From NCBI GenBank assembly GCA_002189035.1, contig NEEC01000018.1, forward strand, positions 2,356,001 through 2,420,000: a stretch of DNA of 64,000 bases, read 5' to 3'. The position numbers and the translations under genes were made by a program. Each line of letters begins with the position of its first letter. Position 1 is the stretch's first letter. Shown piece by piece: positions 55,041 to 64,000 of this stretch. The notes under the pieces are model-generated. The model saw only the letters and a list, made by a program, of their open reading frames with translations, had not been told where the DNA came from and did not search any database. Origin of the DNA: Utricularia gibba (Eukaryota > Plantae > Magnoliophyta).

Positions 55041-55965
55041 TGTCCGCGGGGGAAATGTTGAAAGCAAAAGGACGCTTGCTGGTAGTTAGGGTTGTTGGGT
55101 TCCATGTCCAATAACATCATCCATTGATGGGTGTTTGTCTCACCTCCCCCAAAATTACACTCTCTGCCCTTGCCCTTGGTCCCCAACCAAGGCAAGGGCA
55201 AGGTTCCACCCCATCGCGATTGCGCCCGCCCCATCCCACTACGTACACGTTCCCCTGGACTGGACTCATCCGTGGGGTTATTGGATCATTTAGACTGCTA
55301 AGCTAAAAGCAATGCATTATTGTCGTCTCGGAGTGGTGCTACTCCGTATGCATTCCACGATTCAAATCCAGGTCCGAAACTGTTGACGCAGCGCAGGAGC
55401 AGAGTGATGTATGTATACGAGGGTTGACCTGGTTGGGTAATAAAAAATGCGGAAAAGGATTATGAAAATAATGTACGTGATAGTCTTCTTCTTCTTCTTC
55501 TTGTTCTGGGTTGCAGGACGGACAGCCCCCAGTCCATTAAAATAATGGAACTGCCCTAATCAGCAACTCTGCAGCAGAATGAAAGTATTAATATAATAAC
55601 CATTCATTCATTCCAGTAGAATTTTTAGTGGAGTGAATCCCCTCCGGGAGTGAGTGAGTGAGTGGGTATGACATTTTTGGGTTTGTGAGAATGATAGTGG
55701 GATCCGATCAGAATCTACTTTTAGATCTAAACAAGAAGAAGATGAAGGGGGCTGCGTACGTGTTTATGAGGCTTTTCAAAAAGTGGGATTTTTTTACAGT
55801 GGGCGAAAAGGGAGGGGAAGAGGGGGAAAAAAACTGCCTGGTCAGGTGAAAAAGGAAAACAGAAGAAAGAGAAGGACTTGATGAAAGACGCTTTCCTTGT
55901 ATGGGCATTTTGTAGATATGACATATGTTTATATATGTATCTATAGATTCCTGTGTACGTAATCT

Positions 55966-55966
<1 letters not shown>

Positions 55967-55996
<30 letters not shown>
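55967..55996 (+). repeat. (AG)15 microsatellite, GAGA-type element near ARF transcription start region
   Basis: Perfect 30-nt AG dinucleotide run about 500 bp upstream of the ARF ATG. Confidence 0.85.
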
Positions 55997-56000
<4 letters not shown>

Positions 56001-56499
56001 GGGGAGGTAAACCGGTAAAGGGGAGAGGGGGTGAGAGTTGTGGAGCATTTTTGTGGGTCGAGTGGACAGGGAGCGCTCAACTGAAAGACGGCAGAATCAT
56101 CGCGTTTTCATTTAGCTTGCTTTCTTTTCGGTGTGTTCGGAGTCTTTTACCTTTCGATTCCGTTCTTTGATTTTGCTTCTTCTGCCGAGATTTGTTGTTG
56201 TTTCAGGCGTTTGTTGGGGGGCGTTTTCGGTGTGCAGTAGTGGAGGAGCAGAGAATTGGGATTCGGGTCTTTTTTTCAGTTTGTGTTTCCGGGATTTGAT
56301 TTGTTAGGGGAATGTTTCACCTACATTACTCGGGGGATTCTTCTTCAGATTTCAGGTTCTATTCACGTTGAGTTTTCCCATTGGGCGTCGGAAGTTGTTT
56401 CACGGCGATTTTGATTGTCGCTGCAGTTCGGAAATGTGAAAAGAGAGTTTTGACTCTGGCTTTTTGTTCATTGCACATTGTTTCCCTGTGATCAGTTCT

Positions 56500-58732
56500 A
56501 TGGAGTCTAAGGAAGAGAACTGCTTGGACTCTCAATTATGGCACGCTTGTGCTGGAAGCATGGTGCAAATGCCGTCTGTGAATTCAAGCGTCTTTTATTT
56601 CCCACAGGGCCACTCTGAGCATGCTTCTGGTTATGTTGATTTCAGAAAATGTCCTCGAGTTCCCGCATTCATTCCATGTAGAGTTTCTGCGGTTAAGTTC
56701 TTAGCAGATCGAGAGACCGATGAAGTTTTTGCAAAGATTAGATTAGTTCCCATCAACGGGAATGAGTTGGGGTTTGATGACAATGAGGGTGCCACCGTCA
56801 GTGGTTCTGGAAATCAGGATAAACCCACATCGTTTGCTAAGACATTGACGCAGTCTGATGCAAACAACGGTGGAGGATTCTCGGTTCCAAGGTATTGCGC
56901 TGAGACAATATTTCCAAGACTGGATTACAATGCAGATCCTCCAGTGCAGACAATTATCGCAAAAGATGTTCATGGTGAGACATGGAAGTTCAGGCATATA
57001 TACAGAGGAACTCCAAGGAGACATCTATTGACTACGGGATGGAGTACTTTTGTGAACCATAAGAGCCTTGTTGCTGGTGACTCAATTGTGTTTATGCGAG
57101 CTGAGAATGGTGATCTTTGCGTTGGGATTCGTCGGGCAAAGAAAGGGATTGGAAGTGGATTAGAAATGCCGACATGGTGGAATTCGGCTTGTGGCAACTC
57201 AGGCATGCAGTATGGAGGGATTTCTACGTTTCTGGGGGAGGACGAGGGTAAACTTAGCAGACATAATGAAAGTTGGGTTAACAGGGGAAGAGTGAAAGCA
57301 GAAGATGTGGTACAGGCAGCCACTCTTGCTGCCGGAGGACAACCATTCGAAGTTATTTACTACCCTCGTGCTAGCACTCCAGATTTTTGTGTAAAAGCAT
57401 CCCAAGTTAAGGTTGCCCTGCAAATATGCTGGGCCCCGGGTATGAGATTCAAGATGGCTTTCGAAACAGAGGACTCATCGCGTATCAGTTGGTTCATGGG
57501 GACCATTTCCTCTGTTAAAGTTGCTGATCCTATCCTTTGGCCTGATTCTCCATGGAGGCTCCTTCAGGTAAGTCTTTGTCTGAGTTGAAAATGCTGGTTT
57601 GTTAAGATGTTGGGTGACGATTTGGTTGGTTGGGTTGTAGGTGAGCTGGGATGAGCCTGATCTTTTGCAAAACGTGAAACGAGTGAGCCCTTGGTTGGTG
57701 GAGCTGGTATCGAACGTTCATGGAATTCCCTTCTCATTCTCACATCCTGGAAAGAAGATCAGGTTACCCCATCAAGAATTTCCTCTTGGTGGACAAATTT
57801 TCATGCCTTCGTTTTCGAGCCAGCATGTTGTCCGACCAAACAATATCTTCGGATGTGTTCCGATCAGCTCTCCTCCTGCTGGCATGCAGGGAGCCAGGCA
57901 CGCTCAGTATGGTTTTTCAGCTCCATATTTCCAGCAATCTAAACAGCCTTCACCTATCTCTTCTGCTTGCTTCATGCCTCTGGACTCTTTCCCCTTGTCG
58001 TCCCAAGCTTCGAATCCTGCTGTTCCGATACACGAGAGAGATGAAAACATTTCGTGTTTACTGACTATGGGAAATTCAGCTCAACAGTACACAAAATCGG
58101 ATGATTCAAAATCCCCTTCGGCCCCAACCACAGCCTCATTTGTGCTCTTTGGGCAGCCTATTCTTACTGATACCAAGATCCAACATGGCTGCTTCAATGA
58201 TGCTGCTGCTGCTGCTTCCCCAACCCGAACCAGCAACAGTTCATCCGATAACAAATTTGGGAATGCTTCAGATGGTTCTGGCTCGGGTTCCGGTTTTGCT
58301 CTGTATCAGAACAAGACGCGGGTGCCCTCTGCCTCAGTCTCTCCCTCGCCCTGCGAGGCACTGACTGACGGCCTTTGCAAGGTCTTCTTGGAGTCGGACG
58401 ATGTGGGACGCACCGTCGATCTCTCTTCTGTTGGCTGCTACGAGGAACTGCACTCAAAACTCCAAGACCTGTTCAGCATTGAGGCCGATAAAACATCCAA
58501 CCTTGTTGTGTATCGGGATGCAACAGGGGCCATCAGAAAACTTGGAGACGAGCCCTTCCTGTAAGCCCCGGATGCATCATCCATTAGCGTAATTTTTTTT
58601 TTTTTTTGTTGTTTTTCCGGTGAACTGATGGTGTAATTGTATTGGTGCAGTACGTTCATGAGATCGGCGCGACGGCTGACGATTCTTGCGGAGCCACGGT
58701 CGAACAACGACGTCATCAACCTAGGAGTGTAA
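56500..58732 (+). CDS. ARF16: Auxin response factor, ARF10/16 clade (class C) with PB1 domain
   Basis: Exons 56500-57567, 57641-58560, 58651-58732. LDSQLWHACAG, B3 domain SFAKTLTQSDANNGGGFSVPRYCAETIFP, WKFRHIYRGTPRRHLLTTGWS, FETEDSSRISWFMGTI; PB1 CKVFLESDDVGRTVDLS...GDEPF..FMRSARRLTIL. ARF10 versus ARF16 orthology not resolved. Confidence 0.95.
57880..57900 (+). promoter_or_regulatory. miR160 target site in ARF coding sequence
   Basis: TGGCATGCAGGGAGCCAGGCA pairs with miR160 (UGCCUGGCUCCCUGUAUGCCA) with a single G:U wobble. Confidence 0.95.
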
Positions 58733-59054
58733 AGTTAGCGTGTGAGATCCCAACTCTGCTTGCGGCGCGATGACGGAGGTTGAGAATTCTTCTTCTTCTT
58801 CTTCATCTTCTTCTTGATTCTTTCATGTCTGGGAGAGGGTTGAATTTGAGTGTGGATTGTGATCTGAAATTGATGTTCGTTAGGTGCCACGACACGCCCC
58901 CAATCGCAACGGAATGTGCATCTAAAATTTCACTTTTGACTAAAATATTATTAATTTAATGCGTGTTTTGTCGTATCCAATTGAATTGTAGCCAGCATTG
59001 AATCCATACGTTTCAACAGACAATCCGAGTGGTGGTCCTGACCTGTCTGTCCTG

Positions 59055-59074
59055 CCCGCCCCCCCGCCCGCCCC
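59055..59074 (-). other. G-quadruplex-forming motif between ARF and TRFL 3' ends
   Basis: Plus strand CCCgCCCCCCCgCCCgCCCC, i.e. four G-tracts with 1-nt loops on the minus strand. Confidence 0.55.
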
Positions 59075-59419
59075 TTGTTCCAATGTGCCCTGTGCCCCTC
59101 CCCCTCCCCTCTCTCATCATCATGGAATGTATACGGACGGCTTCATCTCATTACTGGTCCGGGCTGGGCGGCTGTCGGGTCGGGGTGTGTAAACGAGCTT
59201 GGACCATACACTATGGGCCGGACCGGAGGTGCACACTGCCCTTGTTTTAAACGATCGTAGCAGCAAGCGGCGTAGCAAGTGGCTGCATCTGCTGGAAGAG
59301 GAGGAGATCGGTCACAGGGATGAGGAGTCTCAAAGTGAGAAGTTCACTCATGTTCACAGTTTACAGTCACCACGAACTCTACAAAACGTTCAAGTTGGTT
59401 TAACATCAAGTTGAGGAAA

Positions 59420-61928
59420 TCAGTTGCCGTCGATGCTCCTTAAGATTCTGCGATAGTCATTCAAAGTAATGTCTGTACTTCTATCCGGAGAAGCGCGGTG
59501 ATGGATATATTTGATCATGGGTGTCCTTTGTTTCTGACCTTTGGGGTAAGGATGCATGGCCGCAAGCTCGCACACACGGCGAATTATCGCCTTGGGTAAA
59601 GGCCGCCATGCTAGACTCCGTCTTTCTCCACCCTGCAGCTGCACATGTTAGAACAACTCCCATCTCAGGAATAGCAGCGAGGGAGAGTTTATGTAATGAA
59701 CCTTGTGGTTTTCTTTTTCCACAAGACCGCTTGCTTTTAGAAGATTTCGCCACTTGTCCTGTGCAAACAAATAAATAGAACCTGATTTTTTTTTTTTTTT
59801 TTTTTTTTGCTGGGAATGCAAATAATCTAACAGACAGTGTTCTAACCTTCAGATCAACAGAGGTGCGGTGCGCCGATGAGGAAAAGAAAAGTTTCTTTAT
59901 GCGGCTCCATCTTCCAACCCCAAATTCTGTGACGCCATCGATTAGTTGCTTAACCTCGGTGATGGTCCATAAGATGTGATGCTTTCTCCTACCGCCACCT
60001 TCTTCAGGACTCTCAGCTGCCAGGCATTTTTCTCTCTTTATGGGAATCACAGCTGCATGGTTATTTCTTTTGCTCCGATTCTGAACTTTGACATAGTGAC
60101 CCTTCTTCTTCAGATGTGATGGAACAACATCATCATTTATTTTTTTCTGCCTCATTATAATGGCATTCTGATCCTTCTTCAGGTGAATAGCTAAGGTACC
60201 TTCATTCCTTCTCCTCTGAGTGCGTGTCGTAACTGTATTTTCTTTGAGTTTGATCACTGGATAACCTCTCTCCGGAAGACGGGGCTGTTTACATCGAACA
60301 CAAAACCCTTTGGTACTGGAGCTTAAATAAATGCTTTTATAGGAGACCAAAACTTACAGGTTCGTATGCAGGGGTCTTGGGACTCTCGGGGCACTCTGTG
60401 TGAACCAAAGAACCAAAAGGCACCTGAATAGCTTTAACAGAAAACTCTTCTGCCGGTAATTTCGTTGGTTTAGCCCCAGATGAGCATTTCTTTCTACTTT
60501 TAGCTTCAGGTGACCGATCCTTGGGTGTTAATGAAGAGACTACCCGCTTTTTCCTAGACTGCCTTAGAACTGGATCTGCTAGTTCATCAACGTACCTCTG
60601 CGTGGGCTTCCGTGACCTCTTTGGGGTAGGATGTTCATGGGTGCCACAGGCATGAGAATGCCTTCCTAGCGTTTCATAATCTCTTCCATCAGTCTCGGCA
60701 TTTTTCCCTGCTGAAAAAAACTCATCATTTACATCCCTTTTTCGACTGTTAACAACATCCTTGGATGGAGAGGCACTCATATCTGCTTCATCAGACACTA
60801 TATCATGAAAACTGCAGCTTGAGATACTTTGGAACTTGCCAACATCCTCCAAAGTACATGATGAGGTTGACCTAGACAGCTTTTCCTCAGCTGAAGGCCC
60901 CAGAAGAGATATTTCACCATACCCACAGCCACCCATGTTAAGTTCGTGACTCGGACACTCAGGTACTTCAGACGTTCGAAAAATATCAGCTTTCCAGGTA
61001 GTGTTCATACAGGAAAAAGATGTCAGCTCAAGGTTTCCAGTAACTGATGATTGCAAGCCCATATTTTCAGCAAATTCATCACCTAAAAACAAAATACCAA
61101 GGGAATTACAATTTTATCTGCTTCCACTCTGAAAGAGTTACTGAAATAGTTAACGTATAAAAGTATACAAAATAAAAGTAGATAGTGCTCACCTAGAAGA
61201 TATCCATTTCCAATGCTACAAAAGTCATTTTGTAATCTAAGATATCCAATATCCTCGTGAAGTACCTATGCAGAATAATCATTTTGAGACACAAAGGAGT
61301 GGAAAATATTCGAATGCAAGTGCTAAATCCCAAATACAAGTGAAAGGATTGAAATGCTGCAAGGTATTTTCACACCCTATAGCATTAAGAAAGCAACATA
61401 CGTCGGGATTGAGCATGTCTTCCATTTCCTGACCAGGACCAGTAGTTGATGAATCTGCAAAGAGCATAAGTTAATGAGAAGTTCATGGCATTTTTTCTTG
61501 GGAAAAAACAAGCGTAAACATAGCATAAGAATATTTTCCAGTCTGTTAGAAGATAGATGAATCGATAAAAAAAGCAAGAAGGCATACTCATTCATTGCAA
61601 GAAAAAAACACAATCTACTGCAAATTGATAACAGCGATGAAAAAAGTGCACGATCCACGGAAGGCAGACATCTACAACACAGAGCCTTTTTATCCAATGA
61701 TTCAAATTTTAAAATTGAGAAAAAAATGCAGGATAGAATAGTAGCTCGTTTCTACGCTCTACCGAAATTGCAAGAAAGCCCATCCATATCAATGTCATTT
61801 CGTGGGATATTCTCACTAAAGGATAAGCCATTATCCTCCGACGCATGCCTATCTCGGTGCTCTGTGTGTTGACAGCGGGCATCAGTTTTCCCATCTTCAG
61901 CGCCCACTGTCGAAGGTCTGTTCTCCAT
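59420..61928 (-). CDS. TRFL: TRF-like (TRFL3/6/8-type) single MYB telobox protein
   Basis: About seven exons from ATG 61928. KRSRKPTQRYVDEL, VPFG, MYB domain RRKHHILWTITEVKQLIDGVTEFGVGRWSRIK...RTSVDLK|DKWRNLLKAS, C-terminal RPLPKAIIRRVCELAAMHPYP; stop at 59420. Confidence 0.88.
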
Positions 61929-62938
61929 CGCCTGATGAATAAGTAACATGGGCATAAAGGGAAACAGATGGTAGGGCGGGAACATAAACAAAAAGGTGAA
62001 CTTTGTGAAATGGAAGGAGGGGAGGCTCTTCAAATGCATACAAAGTCATTTTATCAATTCCATTCAGCCAGCAGCATGAAACCCAGAAACAGACTGTGTC
62101 AAGAATTCACACATAGTTAAGCAGGCAACTAAAGCATTCCGAAATCAACCCATGATTCGACCTATGCATTAATGCAACGCCCTTCCCGGAAAGAAAAACG
62201 ACATACACGAAACCAATGCCAACCCCTCCCCCTCCAAAAAAAAGATATAAAGAATGCAACTGGCATTCTGCAATTCGGACCCGCAGTATACCATATCAAC
62301 TATCGAAAGATACAAAAACAACAAACCAACGTAAGGCTTACCCGCGTCCCTGTCTCCGCAAGTGACTGATCGTGAGCCAGGACGAAGGGGGCGATTGACA
62401 ATGGTGAAGAGGTATAAACCAATCGACGTAATCGAAAGGGATTCACAAAGTTGTAATGGAATAAGATGTTTGGCGTCCGGGCGGCGGTGTCTTTTGATAA
62501 AAATATTGTATATAATTTTCGAGTTCCCCGGGCAATTCCCCCGTCCGGGCCGCAGTCAGCCCTGCGACTCCCGAGTTGACCCCACCCACTAATTTCCCCT
62601 TTTCGCCAACAATTTCAATCATCACTACTAATTTAAAAAATCCCGACCGCTTTTACTTGGTAATGGTTCATGATGAGTCAAGCTTGAATTATTCGGCAAA
62701 CTCAATTATATATAATTGAACACTGGATCAAAACATTACTCAATTGGGCTTGAATTCTCCCCAAAGACGTCATCTCACGGGCGTCCAACAAAGTATTGGG
62801 CCCCAACCCCACCTCCTTAAATTTGGTGTGTTATAAATAAGAATTGTATTTTTCACGTAAAAAAACACCACTGGTTTATCTTCTGTCCATTTCATTTATT
62901 TCCGGGGCTGCAGCAGTCCACCATACGCGGCCAGCATC

Positions 62939-64000
62939 ATGTCCCCGGGCAGCGGCGCGGCGGCGGAGGAGATCCAACTCCATGCTATCATGGTCTCAGC
63001 CCAATACCAAGGCCACATCAACCCCTTCGTCAATCTTGCTCTCGCCCTCGCTTCAAAGGGAATCACCGTCACTTTTGTTCACTTCCAGCATGTACACCAG
63101 ATGCTCTCTCGAGCTCATCATGCTACAGATGATGCTGACATCTTCGGGGAGGCCCGGGCCGCCGGCCTCGATATACGCTACGAGACGATAAGCGACGGGT
63201 TTCCTTTGGACTTCGATAGAGATCACAATTTCCATGAGTACGCCCAGGAGCTAGTTGTCAAGTTTCCACTCATTGCGGAGGAGTTTGTGGGGAAGAAGCT
63301 GAAACAATTTGGTTCTGGTTGGAGAAATTTCGTGGTGTTTGACACTCTCTATTTCTGGAATACCGGCATCGCCAAGAAATACAATATTGTGAGTGTTTCT
63401 CTCTGGACGCAGCCGGCGCTTCTATTTAACATTCTTTATCATCTGGAACTCCTCCGAGAGAAGGGCCATTTCCCCTGCAAAGGTAAATTCTCTTCTTCTG
63501 AGAACCCCTGGCTTCTTATCCAGTTGCTGATTTGTTCGGTCCACCTGTTGCCAAACAGATGATGCTGTGGAGGAGATAACTTATCTCCCTGGAATCCCAT
63601 CGATAAACACCAGAGACTTGAATTATCTCAAGGAATGTGAAGCCTTGACTGTGATCGGCAAAATCCTCACACACGCCTTTGGGGAGGTGAAGAAAACGGA
63701 TTTCGTTCTGCAAAACACGGTCGAGGAACTAGAGCCAGAGGTCCTTGCAGCACTAAATGGACACCAACCAAATTACGCCATTGGGCCCTTAAACTTCGCC
63801 GAAAAGTTCTTCTCATTCAGTCCCATAATGAAGAGCGTCTGGGCAGAGTCCGACTGCACCAAATGGCTAGAGTCCAAGCCCCCTGGCTCTGTCCTGTATG
63901 TCTCGTTCGGAAGCTTCGTCCATTCGAACAAAGAGCTTGTGGACGAAATAGCACATGGACTTCTTCTAAGTGAAGTGAACTTCGTGTGGGTTCTCAGGAC
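62939..64000 (+). CDS. UGT86: UDP-glycosyltransferase, UGT86 family, 3' end outside window
   Basis: Exon 1 62939-63482: HAIMVSAQYQGHINPFVNLALALASKG with catalytic His, IRYETISDGFPLDFDRDHN, VSLWTQPALLFNILYHL. Exon 2 from 63559: NTVEELE, CTKWLESKPPGSVLYVSFGS, VNFVWVLR. PSPG box lies beyond the window. Confidence 0.92.

Noticed and set aside
53265-55306. Several 60-105 aa ORFs upstream of ARF
   Set aside because: Low-complexity, overlapping on both strands, and no match to peptide-hormone or domain motifs I recognise (CLE, CEP, RALF, DVL).
62702-62719. 18-bp perfect palindrome TCAATTATATATAATTGA
   Set aside because: AT-only core, isolated, with no flanking terminal repeats or target-site duplication.

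Overview
Eukaryotic (flowering-plant, eudicot) nuclear DNA, extremely gene-dense: about 21 spliced protein-coding genes plus one gene remnant in 64 kb, mostly with 65-110 nt introns. Gene order: alpha-expansin (5'-truncated), RLCK-VII/PBL kinase, type-2 metallothionein (absent from the ORF track), POLTERGEIST-like PP2C, SIAMESE-related CDK inhibitor, cytosolic HSP70 head-to-head with RabE1, TIGR01589 protein, TRM/DUF3741-DUF4378 protein, ABCG half-transporter, PTM/DIR17-like Tudor protein, clade-D PP2C, MOS11, adenylate kinase, HECT ligase UPL4, EBP2, ICR/RIP, a truncated LecRK-VIII remnant, dual-start valyl-tRNA synthetase, miR160-targeted ARF10/16, TRF-like MYB and UGT86 (3'-truncated). Main observations: four genes (PBL, SMR, PP2C-D, ICR) need a single-base frameshift at or near short homopolymers to give the family-typical protein, which points to assembly indels or incipient pseudogenisation. 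A lectin-receptor-kinase 5' fossil sits at what appears to be its ancestral position. There is also a GC-AG intron, a perfect heat-shock element in a 556-bp divergent promoter, and strong G-quadruplex motifs on both sides of the ARF gene. No CRISPR array, rRNA, tRNA or intact transposon was seen. All gene models were hand-spliced; family names and Arabidopsis IDs are from recall, not from a database search. I found no convincing wholly new biological system.
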